The notes beneath the pieces were generated by a model that worked only from the letters and a program-made list of their open reading frames with translations, was not told where the DNA came from and searched no databases. Made by a program: the position numbers and the translations under genes. Positions 1 to 14,397 of a DNA stretch of 64,000 nt are shown one piece after another. Where the stretch lies: positions 7,626,001-7,690,000 of the forward strand of contig NC_092672.1 of assembly GCF_964355755.1 (NCBI RefSeq). Direction: 5' to 3'. The first letter of the stretch is position 1. Every line of letters starts with the position of its first letter. The DNA is from Antedon mediterranea (lineage: Eukaryota > Animalia > Echinodermata).

Positions 1-474
1 CGCTTAAAATTGCCTGAAACGTACTCTTATTTCATCGACAATAAATTTTGAAAATTTTAAGCGCGCGTACGCATGCGTTACATGCGCTACGCACGTAATT
101 GTATTGCCATATGATGATTTATGCCCTGACATTTATGAGTACCAAATTTTATTTAATTGTGATTCATGGTTGTTAAGATATGATTACAAACGTGATTTCG
201 TTAAATCGTGCGTAGACCGCGTAATTTTTTATTGCGCACCGTGAAAACATAACCACATCGATTCCTGGCCATAAGGAATATTCTGTGAAAAATTGACTTA
301 GCTAGATTAAACTGATATCAAGATAAGGTCATAAAGCGATAAAACGCATAGTGATACCGGACCGACAGACAGACAGACAGACAGACCGACAGACAGACCG
401 ACAGACAGACAGACAGACAGACCGACCGACCGACCGACATAGTGAACTATAGAGTCGCTTCCACGCGACTAAAA
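1..474 (-). mobile_element. HINE/DINE-1-like non-autonomous Helentron element, family 1 (cut by window edge)
   Basis: Matches 20930-21374 and 43236-43700; (GACA/GACC)n microsatellite and terminal hairpin agtcgc-ttccac-gcgact followed by an A-run. Confidence 0.75.
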
Positions 475-609
475 AGATGACTTTTCAAGGCAGATTTAAA
501 GGCGATAGAAGAAGAACATGACATAACAGAGGCGGGTAGGTCATTCCATAAGCGAGAGGCAGCGGAACTACAGGTGCTTAGGCTATACGTTAGATCACAT
601 TAGAAAACA

Positions 610-1709
610 AACAGATGGAAGCAGGATGGCATATTGACGAATTATAATCTAATAATTAACGAATGAGTTGTTGACGAATTTGGAATGTTGAAAAAATAAC
701 AACAAAAAACCAAAAAACAATGGAGTCAGCAGCTGAAAGAACGAAACGGCGAAATACAACGATGCCATTTGATTGTCAAATACACACATTTTAGTATTAG
801 AACAATTGTATAAAACCGATTCTATTGATTGATAATAATATATGTACCGATGTCCGCATGTGTGCTACTATTATGTAAAGCTTGCACTAATTATTATAAA
901 TTACTGATAATACAATTTATGTATAAAAATATATGAATTGCGATTACTGCGTACATGTACGAGTGTTTATTGATTATTTGGCTCAACATACAGTTTTTTT
1001 TTGGGGGGGGGGGAGGGGTGGGTAATGTACGATGTCGACAAAGCTTTCAAAACAATGACACGTGACAAGTCATACTTGTTTAGCATTGCTGTCTGACATG
1101 ATTTATTTTACAAAATATTATTGAAAATGAAAAATAGTAACATTGTCATTTTGTTATTCAATGCAATAAATTGTAGATTACAGATTTATTTAATTATTAA
1201 ATAATTTTCCACAAATTTCGATAGAACAAAAATCACGTGATAACCTCCAGTAATTATGCAAAGCAAATAGTGTGACTTAATAATACATGTATGCATATGA
1301 CGTTACTTACAAGTACCGGTAGTTCTACAATATTAAAGTAGTACAACAAATTAAAAACCGACTATTCAAATAATGTAAAAACAGAATGATTAATTCATTA
1401 CAAACTCTAAAAATTCCGTTTAAAAAGACGACGTCATAGAATACGGTAGTTCAACGCAAAGCAGTTCAGTGTGAACAACTCCCGTATTACATGTGCTTTA
1501 AAGATAATCAGAGCAAACATATAATTTTAACACATTAATTATAATATAAATAAAATAATTATACACAGCAATATATACAATACACAAACAAATACAAATG
1601 GTTTATGTTGGTGTGGGTTTATCAAAGGTTGCTTCCAGGCTAGAATGTTCAATTGCGGCCTTTGTTTGTCCTAATTGGCCCTGATTATTCGAATGAGGAA
1701 TGTGAATTA
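610..1709. repeat. Shared intergenic block of the receptor array
   Basis: Alignable by eye to about 25930-27095, 56200-59865 (Helitron-interrupted) and, more diverged, 40955-41740. Confidence 0.8.
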
Positions 1710-2540
1710 AGCCCCTTTCTCACAGAGTTGTGTGCCAGGAATATTGCGGGAATATACCATTACCATGCCGGTATGGTTTTCTGTGAGAACGGGTCGTCTT
1801 GGCATCATGCCGGCACCATGCCGGCATCGACATGACCTGCTTTAGACCTAGTAATATTCTAGGGATATTCCCCGCAATGCCAGACGGGCATTCTGTGAGA
1901 ACGTATCGCCGTTATATTCCGGGGTTTCCCGTCGAGGCTTTGACACCTTGCGCAGTCAAGTGTATCACTTTGGCGCCTATTCAATTCAATTAACAATAAT
2001 AATGTCGAACTGGAGGGATAATGAGATAAGAGAGCTGCTTAAAATAAGGGGACAAGAAGAAATTTGTAGCATAATCTATATATAGGCCGCTAGGCTAGGC
2101 CAGCCATAGCTCTTTGTTTGTTGGTGCCTGACCTTTCGTCGCCTTGTAAATTGTAGGCCTACAGCCTTCTAAGGTGTTTTACAGATTGCCGATGACGGCA
2201 AATTAATTGCTATACCTGTATAATATATGCACAATATACTGTACATAGCATGTATTGCATAAATATGCTGTAAAGGAAGATAATAATCTGTAACTTAACA
2301 TTCGCCGCCATATCATCGCTAGACAAAAATAATAACAATAAAGGACGCCCTCAATAATTATTTTGTCAGAGACTTTTTATTGGCCGAATATGCCCGACTC
2401 CTTTCTCACAGAAAGCCGGTATATACCGGTTATATTTCCGGCACGATAGTCCGATGAGAATGGGTATATGCCGGTAACGATACCGGCACGACGCCAGCAC
2501 TGTACCGGTATATTGCAGGCACATCTGTGAGAAAGGGGCT
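1710..2540. mobile_element. MITE with 17-bp TIRs, probably PIF/Harbinger-like
   Basis: AGCCCCTTTCTCACAGA at 1710 and TCTGTGAGAAAGGGGCT ending at 2540; flanks TTA and TGA; absent at the paralogous positions in copies C and F. Confidence 0.8.
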
Positions 2541-2875
2541 TGAGAGAGCCAGATGAAGAAACCTTGCAATGAATTCATGATGACAAATATGTATTCCATG
2601 TCTTTGGAACTACTGAAGAGGATGATAATACCGAAAATCCATGGCAGTACAACCACAGGTGCAAGGAGGATCAAACCGAACGCCAACGATCTTTAAATAC
2701 AAACACAAGGAAAACACAATAGTATTTGATATTCATACTATATTATTTATTATTTATTACTAGAAATCCTTGCATACTTACTGATAAAAGTAATTTTAAC
2801 AATTTCAATCAGTCTGGAAGACGTTATAACTTTTCAATGTTTTAATGACATGGAACTTTCTGATGAAGACTCTAA

Positions 2876-3029
2876 TGCTCTGTCTACACTATCAAACTTT
2901 ATGGGACAAAACATGTGATGTTCCCATTATATAGACAACACATCACCACCATATTTGGGCACATCACTACCATATTTTGACAAATCACATTGTTTTTGTC
3001 AAACTAGTTTGATAGTGTAGACCGAGCTT
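2876..3029. mobile_element. ~155-bp palindromic MITE
   Basis: gctctgtctacactatcaaact ... agtttgatagtgtagaccgagc with TAA on both flanks; related copies near 28537, 23110, 53360 and 9270. Confidence 0.7.
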
Positions 3030-5926
3030 AAGGTGGCAGTGTGAAATCCAAATGCATATACTAATATATGTGTGTGTATAATATTGTAGATATCACATTG
3101 AGCATATTGCTATTCTATTTCATCTATAATCTTTCTATTCTATTCTGGCAACAATTATTTACTACTCTGTATCTTCATTATCATTTTATCATTTATTATA
3201 ATAATTATTATGAAATTGTTCATGTCAAAACGAAATCATTTATGATATTATTGATACCTGATTCGTTTGTTTGAGTTCTTGTCCTCTTTAGATCGTGTTG
3301 GAAATCGAGTTTTTTTGAGTGCTATTTGTCCAATGACAACAATCTGTACACTGATAATCTATACAAGAAAATACAGTATGTATTATTAATGAGTATTTGT
3401 TCAGTCTTCTACTTTTAGTGTAAAAGTTTGTAAGAATTGGTTGTTGAAAATAGGCCTACAGGAAATCAACTAAACGTTTCGATTCTTATTAAAACACAGA
3501 CAAAAATGTAAAACTTTTTAAAATCTATTGAAACACCCGTTTAAAAACTTAATTTACCAGTGTACCAACGACAACACACTGAAGAGGGCATGGGATGATT
3601 CCAACAATTACTTACCACAAGTGTAATAGCCATTGGTATGATGAAAGTCCAGATTGCAAAGTCCATGTTCAACCAGCACCTATAAATTAAAATAATAAAA
3701 GATGCTAACTAAGATTCAAAGCTATGTGTGCATTTTATCTTTTTCTTAAGTATAAACAAAACTTGTTAAACTCAAGAAAAATTATAACCTATGACAGTAA
3801 CCTATACATCGACATTTAAACTGTTATCATTTAGAGTATAGGGTGTGGTATTCAATATCACACATTTCAGACGAATGCTATGCAAGCCATTTCCAATGCA
3901 TATTTTTCAGTTCGCTGAACAATGTAAATGATATTGCACTTCATTGGAAACGTAGTTTTCCCTTGTACATCCAGCCGTCACTCCTACGAATATACTAGGC
4001 ACTATCCAGCCAAGATAACGACTAAATAAAAATCGTCGTTCGTGGTTAACAAACGGATGTCTGATCTTCATGCACACGTCTGTAGACACAATTAGCATCC
4101 ATGAAAAGGTGGCTAAGAGACTGTAATGTAAGCAACCAGCAATGACAGCACATACAATCTGGAAAATACGAAGAATAATGAGGAAGACGAAGAAAAGGAT
4201 GAATATCTTAAACAAAAATAAGGACAGTCGACCCATAAAAAACAGTTTAAAAAAAAATATAATAGTATGCTATATCTAGGAAACGGTCCTTTGAGCAAGT
4301 TTATGTTCGTTACTATATATGATATCGTCTTCCAGTGCCGCCTTTTGTTTTATTAATATTTACAGTAAATCTGAAAACAGGCTAAATATGGAAAGGGCTA
4401 AAAACACCTGAGCGGCCGATAACAGTGTTGCCAAAACCCCTGAATATAGTCTATTTTGAAGAATTCATTAAGGAGTGTATGTTTGGAAGGAGTGATGGCA
4501 TGCCTTTTATTGAAACATCATGCCCTATTCTCAGTACTGCATCTCCACATAAATATTTGCCTAGTATTATAGGAATATTGGCAATACAGCATCTAATTTG
4601 TATCGCATGTTGTGCATCTATCCTAAAAGTTAGTTTAAGGTTTAGCTTATGGTATACGATACTAAGTACAGTATTTGCAAATAAACAATTATGAATAACA
4701 TTTTACGTAAATGTTAATTGTATTAAGTCATAATAACATATTTTGACATTTAAATTAAAAATACCTTGTTTTTAACATTCACACCTAGAAAGGCATAGAA
4801 CAAATTGACAATAAGTAGAGCAACCACCAGATGACACAGAATTTTATGGCGTTCAGAGTTTCTTAAGCTTCTAAAATAGTAATAATTTTTAGAATCAATT
4901 CTAGAATCCCATCATGATTAAAGTCTTATTTGAAGTAGGACAGTGTAAGTAAATACAACGTCTACTAACTGTATCAATTAAGAGGCTACATAGAAACAGC
5001 TGGAAAAAATGTATCTTGTTTAAAGATTATTTTCAACATTAATTGTATTATAAGAACAAGTGTTAGTGCAAACTTTGTGTCATGTCTCAAACAGTTAAAT
5101 CATGTTTTGTATTTGATAACTTACTTGAAACTGTATACAGTAATCAGGGTTATAATAAGAAACAAACTGGAAATTGCAAGTCCAACGTTAGTAATTATTG
5201 ATAAAGTCTTGTCATTAATATTTGACTATAAAACAGAAAGTAATAATAATATAATTAATAATTATCTACACTGACTGATTATAAATAAATACATTTAGGC
5301 CTACATAAAATGTAAGATAAATGTTACATTCACACGCTAATTTTTTGTTTCAAAAGATACACAGAAATATTCAATCAAAGACAATGTTAGCAATGCTAGG
5401 CCATAGTTAGTAAAAATAGGTTTCAGAATCACCAGTAGCCTACTTTACAAAAATTATTCGTCGATTTATTATTTCTGATTTATATTTGATTAACTACCCT
5501 AAAGTCTTCTTTAGTCGACCATTTAGATAACTATTTTCAAGTAGGCCTACGGAACCTTGTTGATTCACTATAGTAAACGCATTCAAGTATGTTTTATAAA
5601 TACAAAAAAAATAAAAATGAATTTATATATTTTAATCAGGAAAGATATTATAATGGATCATATTTTACCGGTATCGGTTTCATCAAAACGACAAATGACG
5701 TCATATGATTACATTTGCATATCACACCATCAATATGGTAGTTTTCATAAAGAGTAGAACAACCTTCTGTTGACCATATCCTTAATAAAAGAGTTATTCA
5801 ACAAGCAATTTAACAATACATGACATTTCAAAAGCCATTAAACATTTCAAAACAAAGTTATTTTTGGTAAATGAATAAATATCAATGAGCAACAGTCGTC
5901 GTAATAGAAGGCACCGCTATGTGATC

Positions 5927-6134
5927 AATAGGGGAGCTTTCGATTTGCAATGACAAACGATTTCGACAACCTACATCATGGTAATTCACTGTGCGCATGC
6001 GGGACATTGGGACGTGACTCCTCGCTTCAAACATAGTTTTGATGGTTTCTAGGTACAGGCGACGGCCGACGAAACATCGATTGACTTGACCTGAGGTCAG
6101 GTCATTGGTCGTCACAAATCGCTAGCTCCCTACT
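5927..6134. mobile_element. Short degenerate MITE
   Basis: Imperfect terminal inverted repeats tagggga-gctttcgatttg ... caaatcgctagctccccta; counterpart at ~31898-32108. Confidence 0.5.
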
Positions 6135-6910
6135 GATTAGCTTGGTTGGTGGATCACGGAAGAGTGAAATGACACAACGCATGAAGACGTTGATGTAACG
6201 CAGGTAATTTGACCAATTGGCGATTTATCCGAACTTATCTGTCTCACTTGTCTTATAGTCACTTTTTATTTTCATTACCACCTTTCTAAAAATAAATAAC
6301 TGCCTATACTTACGGCTCTGAAGAGTCTATATTTTCAGTATAATAACACACTGGTATATATTTTACATTTTTCGAATTTTCATTTGTAATGTTCTTGAAA
6401 AACAGATATTATGAATAATAATTATACGTTTATATTATATATTATATATTTATTATTATTATGTTAAAATCTTTTAAAACAACCGTTAGTTGCTTAAAAC
6501 GTACCTTAATAACAGGAAACTTAATTTCTAAATTCATACCAACTTCCTTGCCTTTGTCATCATATACGTCGATAGTGACAATGTCAGATGAACTTATCTT
6601 CTCCATATCGTCCCTTTTATAATCGAAAATAAATTAACATAAGCATTTTATAAAATTAAAGAATATACAGTATATAACAATTACAATGGTACGTGTACGT
6701 TTTTGTCAAAGTTTTAGAAACTGCACCCTGATGGCTAACTGGATTTTTTTAGTTCTCTACTTGAGTTATCAAGTTAAAAAAAGTAAAATTATTATTTTTG
6801 TTTTGATCTCTTTATGTTTTTCCACCAGACTGAACTGACACTAATAATTATATAATCGTATTGAATTGTCTATAATGTAATAGTAAATGAAAAAAAGAAA
6901 GTTTTTTAAA

Positions 6911-6926
6911 TAATGATAATGATAAT

Positions 6927-6991
<65 letters not shown>

Positions 6992-7023
6992 TAACGATAT
7001 TGATAATAATAATAATAATAATA
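6911..7023. repeat. Compound microsatellite (GATAAT)n(GACAAC)n(AAT)n
   Basis: Read directly; the paralogous intron in copy C (~32850) has only (AAT)n. Confidence 0.9.
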
Positions 7024-9026
7024 TAAATATTAACTTACTGACTTTCTACGTTGAAATGAGTATCTTCGTCAACAGTTTCCTTTTCTGCAACGATTATGTA
7101 TTTTCCATCTAGACAAAGAGGTAAAATATTTTCATGACAAAGAAGCATCAGTGAAAATAAAAGAATTATGTAGATATAATAATAATAACAGGATTTTTAT
7201 AGCGCACATACCACTCAAGAGTGCTCAAGGCGCATTCAAAAAAATAAAACAAATCATACAAATGCCCGACAAATAAAATGCAGAGTATCTCAACATTATT
7301 ACGCATTGTTGAAAAAGGCAGAGTTGTAGGACTGACCTTTAATACATGTTATGATTATAATAAATCAACGATGGTGGTAGGGTAGGGAGGATGTTGTTAT
7401 AATAAATACTTAAATGTAATAAACAACTGAAATGCAAACAACTCTTCTGCCTGTAAGCAGATATAAGTCAAAGACTTTATAATCCATTTGCGATACACAC
7501 TTAATTAAAAATTAAAATGCAGATTTCGAATACACATTTTAATGGTTAATATTACTACTATTTAAAATGTCGTAATCACACCTTCTTCCATAGAACTATC
7601 TGTTGAAGTTGAGAATGTAATGCTATCCGGTTCCGCTGTTAGAGGAACATCTTTTACTTCTGGTGATGTCATATTTTTAATAACTAAAAAAAAATAAAAA
7701 AAAAATTCAACAATGTATTTGTCATGTCATCACTTAAATAATGCTACCATAGATTTCCAGGTTCATAGTATTAATAAAGTTAATCACTTCTGTAGAACAA
7801 AAGAAAAATGTTTTCGAAAGCAACAAAATTAAAGGTTAAATTCAACCAAAACCCCATTGACTTTCAGTTAAATTATAGGTTTTATTTTTAACAGTATAAT
7901 ATAATAAATATTATTATGAGACATTAAAATGGCATATTAAACAAAAACATTATTAAATCGTTAAATGTAAGTAACAGCAAATATCCAGGATATGTATGTA
8001 ACGTGCAATCGTAGCTCACGGATTTTGGATATAATCGTTGGGGTAATTTGGCGATGTAATATTCTTGGCCTGGTCTGGACATATAAAGTACTCGTTGAAT
8101 ACCTTTGTATCTTCAAAGAAAACACAAAGTTACAATTATTAATTAGATACACAATTAATCAAAAAACTAAAGTAAATACATTTTAAACGATAGGTAAAAT
8201 ACGTGTGGTACGCCGTAACGTTTGTCTAAAATAACAACTTACCGCCAAATGCAGGTACAAAATGAAAGATTAGAAGCAAGAATAAAAGAATAGTTTTCAA
8301 CAGAATAATTGTCATGGTAACACACAGACAAGCGAAGAATACAATTCTCGTACAATATAACAATTCAATGCGTGTTGTTCAATTCACAGAAAACACGCGA
8401 CTGACTGAACCTAAGATCTGCCCATTTTAATTCCCTTTCTATATAAATATTGTACCAATTGCATGTTTTATTAATTAAACACAACAACTTGTACATTCAT
8501 ATCAGTATGAGCATGAAGTATCATTGCATCAGTATGGATTGTACCAAAGGTTGCTTATTAATTGTCGTAATGCATTAGTCCATGCCCAGTGTTACTAAGG
8601 ACAGAAATGAAACTTTTCAATGAGTAAACACGATTCAAGTATGTATCAATTGTGTCGGTTTGATCGGAGTTCAATAAGCCTAATGTACGTCAAGTATTCA
8701 TCAATTAGGCTGACTACTTTTAAAAGACTCGAATTAAATATATATATTTCTTAAGTGTGGGTTAACAATTAGACGTCAAGTGTTTGAATTTGATGATTCT
8801 AAACTATACTAAACGATTAAATACAATCCATACTATTCTGTAAGATTGGTTCTCACAAGTGATTATTCGAACAGTCGCTTGTGATTGGTAAACTTACTTA
8901 CGTTGCGTCTACGTCCTAGTGAGAATCAAGTCTAAAGAAGTGTTTGGGTACATATTGTATTTTTAAATAAAAGAGGATCTGAATGATATATAATCGATTA
9001 ATTTATTTTAAAGCACACATATTTAC

Positions 9027-9793
9027 CTTCAATACAATCAACTTCACTGATGTAAACATTTTCAATAGCTATGCTATCTCCAACTTGGTGGTAGCTGTGG
9101 ACTTTGGATAGCCGCAATATGTTCAAGTCCGTTAGAAGATTTAACAGAAATGTAGTAATTGTCTGTGAAAAAAGCAACAAAATATTCACGGGAGCGCTAA
9201 CATAAAATATCAGTGGGTATATATTAACGAATGACCTGGCGTAAATTTAAACATATGGTATTTTATAAAGCTCTGTCTGCACTATTAAACTAGTTTGACA
9301 GAAAATGTGTGATCTGCACATTTCCTTGTCATATAAAGTTTGTTAGAGTAGAAAGATATGAATGAAAATAATAACAATTATTCAGACGTTATTTAGACAC
9401 CAATGATATGCATTGTGTAGGACTATGTATATAATTTGTATGAAAATACTTACAGAAAAAGTAACTACTAAAAACGATGCCATTTTAGTCTCTTAGTTAA
9501 GTTTCCTGTCAATTCTTTTCTCATTAATACGCATTTTTGCTTTTTTTAAACATTAATTTACATTGATGAACAAATTGATAACAAAATAACGTGTACTTAT
9601 TTGATGAAGGTGGAGAAAGAGCTATTGTCAGCTGTTGTTAGTACGAGAATTTTTTTACCAGTTTCAACTTGTTTGCCTGCAGTGTATGGATCAATATTGT
9701 TTCCTTCGACAGAGCGTTGACAGGCTCTAATTGAATTCTATTAACCCATCCATCAAAATCCTCTTCAAAGTCAGAACAAAAGCCTGCAATTTC
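9027..9793 (-). pseudogene. Orphan MAM-domain exon remnants
   Basis: ~9600-9793 translates EIAGFCSDFEEDFDGWVN then degenerates. ~9027-9163 is an internally deleted second MAM exon (NYYISV...SIAIENVYISEVDCIEG) paralleling 22429-22761. Confidence 0.65.
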
Positions 9794-12209
9794 TATATTT
9801 CAATAATTAACAATTACAGGGTTACACCTATAATTATATTAATTTTGTATATAAGTATATAATTTGAGAACATCCGTAAGTAATTCTCTGAGTTAGGGTT
9901 AGGGACTCGAATCCTCACAGATCACTAACTGTCGTCGTACATCTAAAGACCTTAGAGCCATCGCCGATTGTTGGTGTAGGATTCGAGCCAAAGAAAGCAG
10001 CAATGGTATGATAATTGTATAACCAATATTGAAATAAAAAAAACAAAAAAAACAAAAACGTTTAGCTAAGTTCAAGAGATGGGTATAAGAGATAAACTGT
10101 TTATCAAAAATGTAATTACCGAGTCGTCAATTTAGTTAATTTAGATGATGTAATTATTAATTAGATTTTTTTTGTTTGAACTGGTAATAGTATTTGCAAA
10201 TTCTCAAAGAATATTATTTATATATTTAGACACTCAAGCGACAAGACACCCTTATTGAACTGAACTTTATTGTATGTCTTATATCAGAGAACAGTCTCAA
10301 TGAAACGTGTAACGCAACAAGTATACAGTAACATTTTGCAGTCTCGAAAATACATTAAATTGGATATGTTCTACTTTCCGTTAGTTAGATACACAATGAC
10401 GTAAGCTGAGAATCCGCTGTATTTTGATTTGCCGTCGGTTCGCAAATTTACAACCAACGAGTTGTTTGAAGGGATTAGGCCAACTTCGGCCACAGACAAT
10501 TTCGGCCACAGACAATATTACTACCATATCTATGGAACGCCCATAGTGCCATTGATAGGGGAACAATGAGACACGACAATGTAATACAGGATTATCGATT
10601 TCATTGCGTTTTACTTTTGTTTTTTGTTTTTACACAGGAAAACACGGACACAGACAAACTTGGCAATTAATTAATTAATTAATAATGAAAATAAAATACG
10701 AACACGTATTTTGTAGCTAGGTGGCATGATGAGATAAGAAACGAAAAATTACGTAGACACCGATATTTCAGAGTACAGAAAATACAATACGGTTGAAATT
10801 AAAATGTATAGTTTTTACAAATAAAAGAAATGAATTGAATGAGGCCTAAGTGATACTAATTGTATGTACATTTTTCTATAAATATAAAACGAATTGAAGT
10901 ACGGAGGGATATATACTAATTTTATTGAGTACAATAAATATAACTTTGAAGGAATAAGAAAGGGAAGAACAAAGTGGTTAAGAATACGATTTATTCTATC
11001 GGAAGAAACAATTGAAGAAAGTACAGTATATAATTATTAAGAATTAATATGTTGTAAGATGTAAATGAAACACTGGTAAATAAATGTTAAATAGAAATGC
11101 GTGCGTTGTTTTGCGTGTAAAATTTTACCTAATAAAATGAACTTGAAATATTAGTAAAACACCACTACCCAAGAGGAATTATGCGAAGGCATTGAAGAAT
11201 TTTTTTAAAGATATGTTTCTGAACAGGCTCGGAATGAATTTCTGACTGTGTGCGTCATGAGAAGGTACGTGGAAAACCCCGTCATATGGGTCGTTGATTT
11301 GTCCGTAGTCATTGCAGTTTGCCGGGGATTCCCCATCCTTTCCGTAGTAGCCTATTTATCTTCATTTCCCTACGTCCGAAATATTGGGCCGAATTTCCGT
11401 AGTAATTACGGATGTTACGAACTTTGAAATAACAGTGTTTGATTGCTTCTTTCTGCAAATTTCTTTCATATTTTCTTTTTTGGAGTGTGGTTTAAGCAAC
11501 ACTTGTACAGTTTAGTGGATAAATGAAAATGATTTTTTTAAATTGTTGTTTTACTGACTTACTTAGCATTTATTGAAAAATAATACAATTCAACGTTTTG
11601 CTCAGTATATTTATAGCAGCAATTATTAATTGATAATAGGCCTAGTAATTAGTTTGGGGACTTCCTCTGACATTCGCATTGAACGCAACAAATGTTATCC
11701 TTAGTCGCATTTTTATCCGAATTATTACTCATTTTGTTTGTATTTTGACATGTTAAAATATGTTAAATGCATATCGCCGCAAATTACTCAATTATTATTT
11801 TTATGTTGGGTCTGATATGTTCGTTCTATTTATGCACCTGTGTTCTTAAGACATGACCTGAGCTCCATAATAAAACATTTAATTACTCCTGTGTTGTATT
11901 AAAAACCAATCAAATGAAGACGACAAAGTTTTATTAAATTTATTTTTTTTATCACTAATTTTCTTCTTGATTCTGCTTGTATTGATGTGTGAGTTCCTGA
12001 TATTCCTCTTTGTTCCTTAGGTCACCTAAGCAATGGAAGGAAAAACGTTTTAATTAAATTTCTTTTTTTCTTAGCATTTCTTTTTTCATAGCCAAACTAT
12101 TATTATACGTCTGTACTTAAGAGAGTATTTAACTGTGTCACTGACAGTTGAATTTATTTTTCGCCAAGACTCCATGATACAACTAAACTGGAATGGAAAC
12201 AACAAATCT

Positions 12210-14366
12210 AACTAGATTTAATTCGTCACTATGACGAATTATAGGTTATATGCATTGATTTAAATAAAGATAATTGATTTTTAAAATACATATTGATTGA
12301 TTGATTTTCTCAGAATCTTTAATTATTTATGATATATGATAGGACCTTGCTAACGCGAACACCATAGCCGGTATCACAATCCGATCAAAGATCCATATGC
12401 GTATAATGTCATAAACCACATTTGTTGTTACATAATAATAAAGACATAAGTTAATTTTTATCTAGATTTCATTATAAATCATGTGTATAATCTATACACT
12501 AAGAAATAAATTTGAACAAACAATACGGATAATAAAAAAAAAACTTATTTTGTTTCGTTTCCCAAGGTGAGACTCGATCTCGGTACTTGAATGCTATAGA
12601 CACGAGCAAAGACCACCGAGCCATACACAACTCACTAAAAGTTATGGAAAGATTCCTCCGTGTATTTACTATGCAGTAACCACTTTGGTGCAGATAGATT
12701 ATTACATACCGCAATGAATTATAATGTTTTACTATGATGACATCTTTAAAAATTAAAAAAAATGATGCACTGTCAAACTATATACTTTTAACTTTAATAT
12801 ATGAACTTCTTAAGGAAGAAAGTTAACGTTAAGTTTGTTATTTTGGACTAAGAAAATGTTATAATTTGTTTGATTGTCGAAATTAATTTTGTTAAATTTA
12901 ATATGCCATTAATGATGACTTAATCAACTTTTGTTCTTCTAATTTCATAATAAATCATACATATGATACATACACTTCAAGAAAATTAAATAAAAGATAG
13001 GTGTTCCCGAGCATTCTAACGATATATATTAATTTTAAAATTTAGCATATTTTCACCATTTTGTTAACTTACACGTGCGTAGCCCGTCACTTTTGACGTG
13101 CTCGTATAACGCTGTTTCGCGTTGAAAAGTGAATAAAATATGATGATATTATTAAAGAAAGGTTATACAACAGTAATCGGACACAAACAGTGCGCATTAA
13201 CGTTTGACGCGCAGTGCGCGTGCAAAAATCTGCGCATTCATGGCAATTATTTAAACGCTTAAAATTGCCTGAAACGTACTCTAATTTCATCGAAAATAAA
13301 TTCTGACAATTTTGAACATTTTAAGCGCGCGTACGCATGCGTTATATGCGCTACGCACGTAATTGTATTGCCATATGATGAAATATGACCTGAATTTATT
13401 TATTTATGAGTACCAAATTTTGTTTAAAAGTGATTCATGTTTGTGAAGATATGATTACAAACGTGATTTCGTTAAATCGCGCGTAGACCACGTAATTTTT
13501 GATTGCGCATCGTGAAAACATAACCACATCGATTCCTGGCCATAAGGAATATACTCTGAAAAATTGACTTAGATAGATATAAATTTTTATATAGAAATAG
13601 AAAGTACTTAACTTTCAGAGATCTTAAGTTACTAGCAAATAGTTTGGTGTTATGCCTTTATGATTATGCTTGTAGCGTGTGGTACTCTGGATTAAAAAAA
13701 ACATTAAAAGTTAAATTGCAAACTGCACAAAATAAGACGGTCAGATGTATTCTTGGTCTTGAACCAAGAGATCACATTGGGGCTAATGAATTAAACAAAC
13801 TGAATTGGCTCCCAGTAGACTTAAGAGTTAAACAGATAAAACTTTGTCACATGTATCGTATTATTAATGGATTAAGCCCTACGTTTATGAATGATGGTAT
13901 TAGTAGAGCAAATGTAATTCACCAGTACAATACTAGATTTGCAACTCAATCAATTTATAGACCATATATAGGTAACCACTCCCAAACAACCTTTGTTAAC
14001 ACGGCAATAACGTCATGGAATCACCTGCCAAAATTGATACAGTGTTCAGAAACCATCAATCAATTCAAAAGAAATATCAGGAAACATCTCAAAGAGGTTA
14101 TGCTTGAAAGATTATAATTTATATTTATATTGTTACTACATGTGTTATTGTTTATTGTAAATGTTTATTCTTATGGTGTTTTTATCCTTAAGGGCCACAA
14201 TGGAAATAAGTTTGACCTTTGGTTACTTTTTTGTGTTACCCTGAATTCATTCTTTGTATTTTTTTTTTTATGTTGTGTTATTTTATGAATTCGAATAAAG
14301 AAATGAAATGAAAAAGATGAAACTGATGCCAAGATAATTCACGGACAAATAGTGCTAAGGAAAGAA

Positions 14367-14397
<31 letters not shown>

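Larger units (their letters stand above)
2366..8315 (-). pseudogene. Adhesion GPCR pseudogene, copy A (SP, truncated CUB, GAIN/GPS, 7TM)
   Basis: Exons: SP 8243-8315 (MTIILLKTILLFLLLIFHFVPAFG); half-CUB ~7957-8110; GAIN 7582-7683, 7039-7108, 6505-6614, 6314-6393; GPS 5669-5780 (CKCNHMTSF); 7TM 5125-5225, 4765-4870, 3938-4158, 3616-3679, 3258-3358, 2541-2690. Lesions: CUB frameshift and deletion, +1 nt near 6614, GT>GC donor at 3936-3937, last exon replaced by the MITE. Confidence 0.85.

Noticed and set aside
5077-5274. Recurring plus-strand ORF CLKQLNHVLY (also 31033 and 63614)
   Set aside because: Antisense to the conserved TM1 exon.
10470-11430. Short direct repeat ttcggccacagacaat and GC-richer patches
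   Set aside because: Probably decayed transposon pieces; no ends, TSD or coding signal could be defined.
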